Shown: positions 1 through 8,839 of the stretch, one piece after another
Numbering within the stretch: the stretch's first letter is position 1
How the letters are laid out: each line of letters opens with the position of its first letter
DNA from: an uncultured Elusimicrobiales bacterium
GTDB lineage: Bacteria; Elusimicrobiota; Endomicrobiia; Endomicrobiales; CAIRNS01
Direction: 5' to 3'
Assembly (NCBI GenBank): GCA_964577205.1
Contig: CAZNYG010000002.1
Span: forward strand, 3,757-66,422
DNA: 62,666 nucleotides
Notes under the pieces: generated by a model
Database searches by the model: none
Seen by the model: the letters and a program-made list of their open reading frames with translations, nothing else
What the model was told of the DNA's origin: nothing
Program-made: the position numbers and the translations under genes

Positions 1-3000
1 ATGGCGGCCGCGCTGAATAAAGCAGTAGAAGGCGGAAGAGGAGAATTCGATATTAAGGTTGACCTCACTCCGTCAGAGCAGGAACTGCTGGCCATGTTGA
101 AAAGAATAAGCGGAGAGTTTTATAATGGAAAGAACGATACTTTTAACATTATGAACCTGATTAACCTTCCTTTTGGATCCCGGAACGCGGACGATTCCTT
201 TTATTCCTTCATGGAATACATGAAAAAGAAGAAGAGCAAGGAAGCGATGGTTTCCTTATGCCGTAAAATCGCGGCAAACATTGAACGTGCCGGACGTGAA
301 GCGGAACCTGAGGTCAAGGCCATGGAGGAGCGGGATGCTGCAGCGAAAGCTTTCTTTCAAAGTGTGGTTTTTAATGATCCGGAACGGCTGCTTTTTAAAC
401 CATTACATACACTGAAAGAAGTCAGATCCTTTAATGCTTCAAATGAAAGGAACTTTTATGAAACCGACCCGGAATCCGATGCAGGATTGTCGGATGCGGA
501 CGTGTTCCTGGGATTCGGCAGCAATAATGTCTGGGATTACGCAATGCGCCGCAACGCCAAAACGATGATCATTGCGGAAATCTCAGAGGAATCCCTCAGG
601 ACACAGGAGTACTTCTTTAAACCGTTGATCCTTCTGGCGGCAAACCGGGCTCAGTTCCTTTCAATGCTCGCCGGGGTGCCTATTCCTGACGGTTTGACCG
701 ATCCTCAGGAAGCAATTAAATATATTGATAAGCAAATGGAGAACATGGAAAAAGCGGTAAGGCTGGAGTATGCGGAAACAATACGGAACAAGGTACGTCT
801 GAAGATGCGTCAGCATCTGGAAAAAGATGAACAGCAGAAAGCCGATGTTTATGCCGATTACGTTTTCTATTCCCTTGTCACTGCCATTGACTGTGAAATG
901 AAGGGGGACAGGAGCAAATCCCTGTATCCCTACTTTACAGCGCGCTACAGAAAGCCGAGCAGAACTGCGCTTCAGCAGAAAACCGAAGAGTATATGAGGT
1001 ATCGGCAGCAGATTAGTACGTCCCGGCAAATACTGTCAAGGGAGGATGAGCAGCAAGAAATGGATGCTCTCGTTGAGATATGTGAGAGAAATAGCGCGCA
1101 TAAGAAGTATTCCGTATTGTCCAGCGACGAGAACTTTGCCTGGCTGAAGGGCATTTTCGACAGTGAAAACGTCCGATATGTCCTGACGGATATCAATGAC
1201 ACGGCGGAAGCGTACTCTGCGGTCAGTAAATATCTGGGCGCAGGCCGTGAAGTGAATGGTTTCTTCCTGTCCAATATTATCGATACGGAATTAAGCGAGC
1301 GCCATCCCTTCAGTGACGAATACATTTCCGGCGTGTATGTACTGGAAGGAAAAGACAAGGAAACTGCTACAGATCAGCGACCCTATCTGTCCAGACTGTA
1401 CGGATATATAAGGGACATTAAATCGATATTCCCTTCCGGAGAGTTGACCGTATATACGACCCGCATGGAAAGGGAAAAACACGGTAACCAGAGGACGAGC
1501 AGGATCATGTATGCCTTGTCATCACAAAAGGATAACTATCTTAAGTATGACTGGGTCCGTCTGAAAACAATAGATGATTTTATAGAATCAATGTCGTTGC
1601 CGCGGTTGGGAGGAATTCAGTATAACGAAGAGGAACTGAATTATGCGGTAGCTGGAGCTCAATCGGGTGGAAGATCTAAAGCCGCGATACTTCCTGGGAA
1701 TGCAGGAAGGTACTATCTCAGACTCGCGAGCGGCTGGCCGAAATGGGTGGCGGTGGCGGAGGTGGCGGTGCGGGAGTTCGTGTACCCGATCGTCAACCCC
1801 TCAAGGTTCGACGCGATGCATGGCGCGCCGAATGCAGGCCGGACAAAGGCGATCAAGGGCATGTTCTACGGATTCTGGGTTCCGGTCGTAACCGGCCTGA
1901 TCTGTTCGGTGGGCATTCTCTTTGGCCTGGGAATATCGCCGGAAATGGCTGCCTCTCTTGTTGGCATGGGGGTAACGGCCGGTTCAGCCCTCAGCCTTAT
2001 ACTTCATATCGATTACGACATGAAAGCGGCGATTCCCATGATAGCGGTGCTGATAGACAACGAAGAACAGGTGAAACGGCTGCCCGTTGAGGACGATTGT
2101 GCGACGGTAGTTATCGTCGATAAAAGTCCGGAGCCCAAAGATAATACCGGGTTAAAGAATATCGGAATAAAATGCAATGGTCGGGCGACGTACGCGGAAC
2201 TGGATAAAAGCGGCAGGCTGATCATTTACACGGATCATGCAAAAGAAATCATTACTCAACTGAACGGGTACGCTGACCCGAGCAACCGGTTGTTAGAGCG
2301 GCTCAGCGGGATATTCGGCAAAAGGCTGAACGGCGTGTTTGGCGTACGCAATATGACGAAACAGGACTTGGGGGACATGGATGTGCCCGTAGTGTCAGGG
2401 GATATGGTGAACGTCAGCGGTCGGGCGATCATCAACGAACACAATGCCTCGGTGCAGGCGGGCAAGCAGGAAGTGTCGATCGTTTGCAGCGATCCGGATA
2501 AAGTGCGGGATACGGTAAGACGGCAGCGGATAAACAAGCCGATAACTTTCCTTTTCGAAGAAATCAGGGACAAAGACGCCAGCTTCTTCCGGGACCTTCA
2601 ATCGCAGGGCAGCAATGTCTATGTGAAATATGACGGGACTGATGCGGAAGAGTTACGGGCATTGAAAGATAAAGGAGTGGATGGATTGCTTTGTCTCAAT
2701 CTGACGGAAAATGAATTGGTAAAGGCGGGCATACACGCAGAGGAACTGGGCAACAGAAATGCATGGATAGCGTCAAATGATGCTGAGAATGGCAGGAACG
2801 CATTGCGGATCACCGCCGAGAACGTGAATCCGGGCACAAAAGTGAAGGATCATTCGGTAGTTTATGTTGAGAGCGCCGTACTGGTTTATCTTGTGAAGAA
2901 GAAGATGATCAGCAGCATATTCCCCCCGAATTGTATTCTTATGGTTAACGGAGGGGAGTTCCGTGAGGTATCGCGACTGACCACGAGGGATGTGACGTTG

Positions 3001-3627
3001 ATAGAGATGTTCGGGGCGAATGTGTTGGAGTATTTGCGCGGCGAACCAGAAGGCGTGGAAGGCAAGAAGGCGTATGAAAGAGACGTAGCATACAACCTTG
3101 AGATAGGCGCGATACAGGCTGATATGGCCCTGCATCAGCAGTTGACGGAAGCGAACTATGAGGAAGTTTTCGGGTACGACAGCGCGGTGAAGGATGCGAT
3201 CAGGCTGCATTTGTCCCGGATAGGAGACGATGCGGTGAGAAAGGAAGCCTTCCTTAACTCATTGACGGAACGGCTTCATGGACGCGCGGCGCTGGCGAAG
3301 TCTGCGAATGTGGCGGGCGGGGAATACGGGTTCGCCTCGAAAGAGGACGAGAAGCTGTACTGCGAACTGCGGGCTATGGTCGCCCAAGGGTTGGTTGTAT
3401 TAACGGACAAGGACGCTATTGATCTGAACGCATATAACGGCGAAAGAGCAGCTCAGGAAATTATCGTTTTGAAGAAAAAACTGGATGCAGCGCGGCCCGA
3501 TCCGAAGACTGTTGCGGGGTTACTGGTACTGCTGGAAGTGTACGGGGAGAAGAACAAACAGGCACGTTTAGAACCAAAACGCGCCGAAGACGCACGAAAC
3601 TACAAGCGCCTGCTTGAAGCGGCGTAG
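1..3627 (+). CDS. Large hypothetical protein, 5' end cut by the window edge (at least 1208 aa), with central transmembrane helices; no family recognised
   Basis: One uninterrupted ORF runs from base 1 to the TAG at 3625-3627. Hydrophobic stretches GMFYGFWVPVVTGLICSVGILFGLGI and MAASLVGMGVTAGSALSLILHI lie at about nt 1861-2010. I can assign no catalytic or binding motif by eye. Sampled lines are less G+C rich than the rest of the window. Confidence 0.7.
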   Translation: MAAALNKAVEGGRGEFDIKVDLTPSEQELLAMLKRISGEFYNGKNDTFNIMNLINLPFGSRNADDSFYSFMEYMKKKKSKEAMVSLCRKIAANIERAGREAEPEVKAMEERDAAAKAFFQSVVFNDPERLLFKPLHTLKEVRSFNASNERNFYETDPESDAGLSDADVFLGFGSNNVWDYAMRRNAKTMIIAEISEESLRTQEYFFKPLILLAANRAQFLSMLAGVPIPDGLTDPQEAIKYIDKQMENMEKAVRLEYAETIRNKVRLKMRQHLEKDEQQKADVYADYVFYSLVTAIDCEMKGDRSKSLYPYFTARYRKPSRTALQQKTEEYMRYRQQISTSRQILSREDEQQEMDALVEICERNSAHKKYSVLSSDENFAWLKGIFDSENVRYVLTDINDTAEAYSAVSKYLGAGREVNGFFLSNIIDTELSERHPFSDEYISGVYVLEGKDKETATDQRPYLSRLYGYIRDIKSIFPSGELTVYTTRMEREKHGNQRTSRIMYALSSQKDNYLKYDWVRLKTIDDFIESMSLPRLGGIQYNEEELNYAVAGAQSGGRSKAAILPGNAGRYYLRLASGWPKWVAVAEVAVREFVYPIVNPSRFDAMHGAPNAGRTKAIKGMFYGFWVPVVTGLICSVGILFGLGISPEMAASLVGMGVTAGSALSLILHIDYDMKAAIPMIAVLIDNEEQVKRLPVEDDCATVVIVDKSPEPKDNTGLKNIGIKCNGRATYAELDKSGRLIIYTDHAKEIITQLNGYADPSNRLLERLSGIFGKRLNGVFGVRNMTKQDLGDMDVPVVSGDMVNVSGRAIINEHNASVQAGKQEVSIVCSDPDKVRDTVRRQRINKPITFLFEEIRDKDASFFRDLQSQGSNVYVKYDGTDAEELRALKDKGVDGLLCLNLTENELVKAGIHAEELGNRNAWIASNDAENGRNALRITAENVNPGTKVKDHSVVYVESAVLVYLVKKKMISSIFPPNCILMVNGGEFREVSRLTTRDVTLIEMFGANVLEYLRGEPEGVEGKKAYERDVAYNLEIGAIQADMALHQQLTEANYEEVFGYDSAVKDAIRLHLSRIGDDAVRKEAFLNSLTERLHGRAALAKSANVAGGEYGFASKEDEKLYCELRAMVAQGLVVLTDKDAIDLNAYNGERAAQEIIVLKKKLDAARPDPKTVAGLLVLLEVYGEKNKQARLEPKRAEDARNYKRLLEAA

Positions 3628-3888
3628 GAAATTGACATACGAACGCTATGCGGAACCAAGATCAACGCTCGATATCGACTTTTATATCGCGCATACAAAA
3701 GGCAATTCGAAAAGAATAGTAGAGGCTTTAAAGGAATTCGCCGGGAACGACGTTGACGCCGCAGGAAAGAATAGCGGCGGTTAATACGATAAGAAGAAGA
3801 GTGTTCCAGTTGAAAGGGATGGTTGCCGACAATGTTGTTGTAAGGCACATTACGTATGTGAAGGAATGAAACTGCAAACTCCCCCCTA

Positions 3889-4076
3889 TGTCGCGTCCGA
3901 AACAAGTTCGGACTTAGTCCCGCAGAGCGGGACTTGTTTTGCTCTGTGTGGAAGTGCTCTGCAAAACGCTCCCCGAGGGAAACCTAAGGTTTCCCTTCGG
4001 CGTTCTCCCTGCAAAGATTGGGAGAACTGAACCTTTCCTAAGTTGTTAGAACCGTGTCGCGCCGCAACAAGTTCGG
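3889..4076. repeat. Pair of ~22-nt direct repeats bracketing a cluster of stem-loops
   Basis: DR1 is tgtcgcgtccgaaacaagttcgg (3889-3911) and DR2 is tgtcgcgccgcaacaagttcgg (4055-4076); they differ by one indel and one substitution. Hairpins between them lie at 3895-3913, 3917-3933, 3965-4004 and 4003-4026. Confidence 0.6.
3917..3940 (+). terminator. Candidate intrinsic terminator downstream of the large ORF
   Basis: Stem GTCCCGC / GCGGGAC with loop aga, followed by TTGTTTTG. It lies about 290 nt after the ORF stop, so the assignment is tentative. Confidence 0.45.
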
Positions 4077-4086
4077 GTTTGAGATT

Positions 4087-4833
4087 TTAACGGGATTTCT
4101 GCAGGTAGATCTCGTAGAGAAGTACGGCGGAAGCGCAGGACGCGTTGAGGGATGAGACGGGGGACGTCTGGGGTATGGAGATCAGGTAGTCGCAGCGGTC
4201 TTTTACCAGGCGGTGAAGGCCTTCGCCTTCGCTGCCGATGACAAGGGCCATGGGGAAAGCGAACTTTTCTTCCCTGACTGATTTGCCGGCCGCGTCCGCG
4301 CCGACCACCCAGATCTGTTTCTCTTTCAGGCGGGTGACCGTTTCAGCGATGTTAGTCACCCGGGCGATGGGCATGTATTCGCTGGCGCCTGCCGATGCTT
4401 TGGCCACCGATTCCGTCAATCCCACCGACCGCCACTTGCCGATTATTACTCCGTCAGCACCCAGCGTTACCGCGTTGCGGATAATGGCTCCAAGGTTATG
4501 AGGGTCTTCGATGCCATCCAGGACGACGAGCAGGGGATTCTTTTTTTCTTTTACGCTGTTCCAAAGCTCGTCCAGATCAAGATAAGTGACCGGCGCTATC
4601 TCGGCGACTACGCCCTGATTATTTTCAATGCTCAGCCGGTCCAGGCGCTCCGCCGGCACATGGTGCACGGGAATGTTGCGTTCGCGCGCGAGGCGGTCGA
4701 TCTCCCCGATGACGTCGCCGCGGGCTTTTTCAGAGATCAAAACCTTATTGACCGTCTTATTCCCCGCCTTCAACAATTCCCTGACCGGATTCCTGCCCGA
4801 TATAATATCTTCCATGGGTTCCTTTGGAGCCAT
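4087..4833 (-). CDS. rlmB: 23S rRNA (guanosine-2'-O)-methyltransferase, SpoU/TrmH family (RlmB-like)
   Basis: N-terminal SpoU substrate-binding region (GRNPVRELLKAG). SpoU motifs LDGIEDPHNLGAIIRNA, LVIGSEGEGL and IPQTSPVSSLNASCASAVLLYE. The start may instead be Met7 at 4815, which has AAGGAA upstream. Confidence 0.85.
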   Translation of the reverse strand: MAPKEPMEDIISGRNPVRELLKAGNKTVNKVLISEKARGDVIGEIDRLARERNIPVHHVPAERLDRLSIENNQGVVAEIAPVTYLDLDELWNSVKEKKNPLLVVLDGIEDPHNLGAIIRNAVTLGADGVIIGKWRSVGLTESVAKASAGASEYMPIARVTNIAETVTRLKEKQIWVVGADAAGKSVREEKFAFPMALVIGSEGEGLHRLVKDRCDYLISIPQTSPVSSLNASCASAVLLYEIYLQKSR

Positions 4834-4874
4834 CAGCGGTCAGCTTTCAGCTGTCAGCATGAACAGTGAACAGC
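4834..4874. repeat. Heptamer 'cagc' word array abutting the rlmB start codon
   Basis: cagcggt cagcttt cagctgt cagcatgaa cagtgaa cagc. The partial inverse gctgacagc lies at 4964-4972. Confidence 0.6.
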
Positions 4875-4984
4875 ATTGCGGAAAGACATATTCGAGGGAC
4901 GAACTTTATCCCTCCTGCGAAACTCCATCAATAATCTGTCGTTGTCTTCAGCCGTTGCCTCTTGCTGACAGCTATCTGTTATCT

Positions 4985-6364
4985 TTATGCTTTTTTTATG
5001 AGCGTCGATACGCCGCCGGGGTTGTCTTCCACGCGGTAGCCGAGGGTGTCGAGCTGGGCGCGGAGAGCGTCGGAATCGGACCAGCGCTTTTCACGGCGGG
5101 CGGTTTCCCTTTTGGTTTTTAGTTCCAGCGCTTCGGCGGGAATAGCGTCAACAAGGACCGGAATTCCGAGGGAATCTTCCATCAAGCTCTTCATCGTCGC
5201 GGCCAGGACCGCCAGTTCGGCGGGAGGCTTTTTTGTCAGCCCGTTCGCCGCTTCATGTTTCAGGTCGTGCAGGACCGACAGCGCTTTTTCCGTGTTGAAA
5301 TCGTCATCCAGCATTTCGCGGAACCGGGAGATATACGCGGGATCCGGCTGTGCCGTTTCTTTCGAAGCGGCCTGCGTCAGTTTCTGATATACCTCATCAA
5401 GCCCTTCCAGCGCGCTGCGCGCTGCGACAAGCTTATCGTCAGAAAAATCCAGAGGCGTGCGGTAATGCTGCGAAAGAAGGAAGTAGCGCACCACCCGCGG
5501 ATGGTATTTCTCAAAAATTTCCCGCAGGGTAAAAAAGTTGCCGAGGGACTTGGACATCTTCTCATGGTTGATGGTCACGAAACCGTTGTGCATCCAGTAA
5601 CGGACAAAGGGTTTTCCGGTGGCCGCTTCGCTCTGGGCTATCTCGTTCTCGTGATGGGGGAAAATGAGGTCCTGCCCGCCGCCATGGATGTCCAGCGTGG
5701 GGCCGAGATAGTGAGTGGACATGACCGAGCATTCGATGTGCCATCCCGGCCTGCCTTTACCCCAGGGGCTGTCCCAGCTGACCTCGGCGGGCTCTTCCGG
5801 CTTGGTCCCTTTCCAGAGAGCGAAATCGAGCGGGTCTTTTTTCTTTTCGCCCGGATAGACGCGCGCGACCGTCTGGAGCTCTTCGATATTGCGTTTTGAA
5901 AGCGAGCCGTACGGAGCGAACTTCTTTACGGCATAATAGACATCCCCGTCCACCACGTACGCTTTTTTCTTCTGTACCAGCGTATCGATGAAGGCGACGA
6001 TCTGGGGGACCATCTCCGTGACGCGGGGATAGGCGTCCGCGCGGGCGATGTTCAGCTTGTCCATCTGCGTAAAATAGTCGGCGATGCAGGTGTCGGCCAG
6101 TGCTTTGGGAGAGATCTTCCGCTCATTCGCGCGGGCGATGATCTTGTCGTCGACATCGGTAAAATTCTGAATGTATTTGACGGTATATCCGGACCGCCCG
6201 AAATGCCGGCGGACGATATCGAAGGTCACATACACCCGGGCATGGCCCAGATGCGCCTCATCGTAAGGCGTCACGCCGCACACGTACATAGCGACACTCT
6301 TATCAGCCTGCGGGACGAAAGCTTCCTTTTTTCCCGTCAGCGTATTATGAATAGTTATGGACAT
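4985..6364 (-). CDS. cysS: Cysteine--tRNA ligase
   Basis: Class I HIGH motif (HLGHARVYV) and KMSKS motif (KMSKSLGN). The length and the WHIECS zinc-site region are typical of CysRS. Confidence 0.95.
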   Translation of the reverse strand: MSITIHNTLTGKKEAFVPQADKSVAMYVCGVTPYDEAHLGHARVYVTFDIVRRHFGRSGYTVKYIQNFTDVDDKIIARANERKISPKALADTCIADYFTQMDKLNIARADAYPRVTEMVPQIVAFIDTLVQKKKAYVVDGDVYYAVKKFAPYGSLSKRNIEELQTVARVYPGEKKKDPLDFALWKGTKPEEPAEVSWDSPWGKGRPGWHIECSVMSTHYLGPTLDIHGGGQDLIFPHHENEIAQSEAATGKPFVRYWMHNGFVTINHEKMSKSLGNFFTLREIFEKYHPRVVRYFLLSQHYRTPLDFSDDKLVAARSALEGLDEVYQKLTQAASKETAQPDPAYISRFREMLDDDFNTEKALSVLHDLKHEAANGLTKKPPAELAVLAATMKSLMEDSLGIPVLVDAIPAEALELKTKRETARREKRWSDSDALRAQLDTLGYRVEDNPGGVSTLIKKA

Positions 6365-6385
6365 GAGGGATCCCTTCCTGAAAAT

Positions 6386-6487
6386 CGTTCATTGGTTGAT
6401 TTGTTCACTTGTTCATAAGTGAGTGACATGGGAACATGTTGTTATATTGTTGTTGATTTTCCCAATGAGCCAATGAACAAATGAACG
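6386..6487. repeat. Inverted pair of gttcatt-type word arrays (family A) filling the ispF-cysS spacer
   Basis: Left arm cgttcattggttgatttgttcacttgttcat (6386-6416). Right arm ccaatgagccaatgaacaaatgaacg (6462-6487). By hand alignment, 20 of 26 positions are complementary. The left arm is an exact 31-nt copy of the reverse complement of 24085-24115. Confidence 0.8.
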
Positions 6488-6490
6488 TCT

Positions 6491-7003
6491 TTACTTCCTC
6501 CGCACTTCTTCTGCACTTTCACTGCACTTCTCTTGCACTGTTACTACAGCCATCGCCGCCATCCCCTCGCCCCGTCCGATGAAGCCGATGGCTTCGTTGG
6601 TCGTGGCTTTGATCGCGAGGCGCGTTTCGGGTACGCCGAGTTCGGCGGCAAGCAGTTCTTTCATCCGCGGGATATACGGGGCGATCTTCGGCTGCTCGGC
6701 GATCAGTGTGATGTCGGCATTGTTCACGCTGAACCCGCGTTCTTTTATGCGGGCACAGACATGCCGCAGCAGCAGCAGACTGGAAATGCCGCGGTACTTC
6801 GGATCGGTATTGGGGAAAAGATGCCCGATGTCTTCGCCTCCGGCGGCGCCGAGCAATGCGTCCATCAACGCGTGGATAAGGACGTCGGCGTCGCTGTGGC
6901 CTTCCAGGCCGTGGGTATGAGGGATCGTTACTCCGCCCAGTACCAGCGGCAGGTCTTTTTTGCAGCGGTGCACATCGTATCCGAATCCCGCGAACACGTT
7001 CAT
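6491..7003 (-). CDS. ispF: 2-C-methyl-D-erythritol 2,4-cyclodiphosphate synthase
   Basis: GFGYDVHR and HSDADVLIHALMDALLGA motifs. I prefer the start at 7003 because it gives an ATGA overlap with the ispD stop; the ORF track extends to 7021. Confidence 0.92.
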   Translation of the reverse strand: MNVFAGFGYDVHRCKKDLPLVLGGVTIPHTHGLEGHSDADVLIHALMDALLGAAGGEDIGHLFPNTDPKYRGISSLLLLRHVCARIKERGFSVNNADITLIAEQPKIAPYIPRMKELLAAELGVPETRLAIKATTNEAIGFIGRGEGMAAMAVVTVQEKCSESAEEVRRK

Positions 7004-7668
7004 TTCCTTTCGCGCAACCACAGGCGCGCGACGGCCATATCCGCCGGTTCCGTGATCTTTATGTTGTGATAGCTGCCGGGCACTACAGCGACTTTGCGGC
7101 CGGCATGTTCGACCGCCTGAGCGTCATCAGTGATGCCCGCGGGGAAACGCCGTTTGTAGGCTGCCGTGATTATGTCCCGGCGGAACGTCTGGGGTGTTTG
7201 TGCCAGCCAGACAGTAGAACGGGGTATGGTGCGCGAAACAAATGTCCCCCGGCGTGATTCCTTTATGGTATCGCGCGCGGCGACCGCTACGACCGAAGCG
7301 CCTTTGTCCCTGGCCGCGTTCAGCGCTTTGCGTATGAGTTCGGGCGTGATCAGGGGCCGCGCGGCGTCATGAATGGCAACGTATTCTACAGCCGGATCGA
7401 GACATGTCAGCCCCGCGCGGACCGAATCATATCTTTCGCTGCCCCCGGGGACCAGGACACATCCGTATTTGCGGGGGACGCTTTTCAACGAGCCCGGCAT
7501 ATCGGGGGGGACGACAAGTATGATCTGGCAGATATCCCTGACCCCGCGGAAGGCTTCGATACTCCATGAGAAGACGGGTTTTCCTTCCAGTTTCAAAAAC
7601 TGTTTCGGCACCGGGGAACCGAACCGGCGCCCCGCGCCCGCGGCGACAATGATCGCCGCCGCTTTCAT
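7000..7668 (-). CDS. ispD: 2-C-methyl-D-erythritol 4-phosphate cytidylyltransferase
   Basis: N-terminal AAGAGRRFG nucleotide-binding motif, IHDAARP and TPQTF motifs. It sits directly upstream of ispF. Confidence 0.92.
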   Translation of the reverse strand: MKAAAIIVAAGAGRRFGSPVPKQFLKLEGKPVFSWSIEAFRGVRDICQIILVVPPDMPGSLKSVPRKYGCVLVPGGSERYDSVRAGLTCLDPAVEYVAIHDAARPLITPELIRKALNAARDKGASVVAVAARDTIKESRRGTFVSRTIPRSTVWLAQTPQTFRRDIITAAYKRRFPAGITDDAQAVEHAGRKVAVVPGSYHNIKITEPADMAVARLWLRERK

Positions 7669-8690
7669 TGCGCTTTCCCGCGGGGCTGGTCGTTATGCGT
7701 GTCCCTTTCCTGTCCCGACGGCCGGCTGAAGACCATGCGCCCGGACGATGTCTGAAGGATGGACGTGACGATGACGTCGATGCGTTTGCCCACGTGTTTG
7801 CGCCCCTCTTCCACGACGACCATGGTGCCGTCATCCAGATAACCGATGGCCTGGTGGTGTTCCTTGCCTTCTTTGACAAGGAAAATAGGCATGGTCTCGC
7901 CCGGCAGGAAGACGGGCTTGAGCGCGTTGGAAAGGTCATTGATGTTCAGGACGGTCACTCCCTGCAGCGAGGCGACCTTGTTAAGGTTGAAGTCGGTCGT
8001 GATGATCTTCGCGTCGAGTTCCTTGCCCAGTTCGAGGAGCTTGGCGTCGGCGTCGTGAAGGTTCGGGAAATCCTTGTCGAAGATCTTGACCGTCGAGTTC
8101 TCGTCCTTCTGCAGTTTGGCGACGATATCCAGGCCGCGGCGCGCGCGGTTGCGTTTGTGGGCATCGCTTGAATCAGCCAGCGTCTGGAGTTCTTCCAGCA
8201 CAAAGCGCGGCACGACCAGCGCGCCCGAGATGAACCGTGTTTCCACGATGTCCGCGATGCGCCCGTCGATAACAGTGCTGGTGTCGAGAAGGATAAGATC
8301 GGCGGCCCTTTTCCGGCGCCCCCGTTTGAGGATATCCCTGTCCAGGAGGTCAAGCTCGGATTTCTTGCTGACCGCGATGACAAGGCCCAGGTAGGCAAGG
8401 ACGATCTTGATAAGCAGGGAATAGTCCTTCATGAACTCGTACAGCCGCATATTGTCCATCAGGTATACGGTGTAGTCAAGCAGTTTGGCGCCTATGAGGC
8501 CGAGAACGGCGCCGAGAACGCCGGCGACCAGCGTGTCCAGCGGGATCCTCTGGATAAGCATTTCCGCCAGGATGATGAGCAGCGAGACGGCCAATCCCAT
8601 GAGCACGCCCTGGCGGGTATGGGATATCTGGTAATAACTTATCAAGGGACCGGCTATAAGGACGAACAGACGCATCAGCCATATTAACAA
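7665..8690 (-). CDS. Membrane-anchored PIN plus TRAM domain protein (YacL-like)
   Basis: N-terminal TM helices, a PIN-like core (LLDTSTVIDGRI ... ITTDFNLNKVA) and a C-terminal TRAM-like beta region (GKRIDVIVTSILQTSSGRMVFSR). Its position upstream of ispD matches what I recall for Bacillus yacL. Confidence 0.8.
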   Translation of the reverse strand: MLIWLMRLFVLIAGPLISYYQISHTRQGVLMGLAVSLLIILAEMLIQRIPLDTLVAGVLGAVLGLIGAKLLDYTVYLMDNMRLYEFMKDYSLLIKIVLAYLGLVIAVSKKSELDLLDRDILKRGRRKRAADLILLDTSTVIDGRIADIVETRFISGALVVPRFVLEELQTLADSSDAHKRNRARRGLDIVAKLQKDENSTVKIFDKDFPNLHDADAKLLELGKELDAKIITTDFNLNKVASLQGVTVLNINDLSNALKPVFLPGETMPIFLVKEGKEHHQAIGYLDDGTMVVVEEGRKHVGKRIDVIVTSILQTSSGRMVFSRPSGQERDTHNDQPRGKAQ

Positions 8691-8703
8691 AGCAGACTCC
8701 TTT

Positions 8704-8742
8704 CAAATTTCGTGAAGCGAAGGGCGTGCGTCACGAAATTTG
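8704..8742. other. Perfect 12-bp stem-loop just upstream of the PIN/TRAM gene
   Basis: CAAATTTCGTGA (8704-8715) pairs with TCACGAAATTTG (8731-8742), with a 15-nt loop. Confidence 0.6.
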
Positions 8743-8743
8743 T

Positions 8744-8765
8744 AAAAGGGGAAACAGGCTTCCCC
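8744..8765 (-). terminator. Candidate intrinsic terminator of aroE
   Basis: On the minus strand: GGGGAA gcctgt TTCCCC followed by TTTT. Confidence 0.55.
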
Positions 8766-8804
8766 TCGGGCCCTTTTCGGGCAAAATTTTAAGAGAACAA
8801 AACT

Positions 8805-8839
8805 AATGAGCTTACGAGCTCAAGAGCTCATGAGCTAAG
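8805..8839. repeat. Octamer 'gagct' word array (family E) overlapping the aroE stop codon
   Basis: aatgagct tacgagct caagagct catgagct aag. The aroE TAG is the complement of 8835-8837. Confidence 0.65.
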
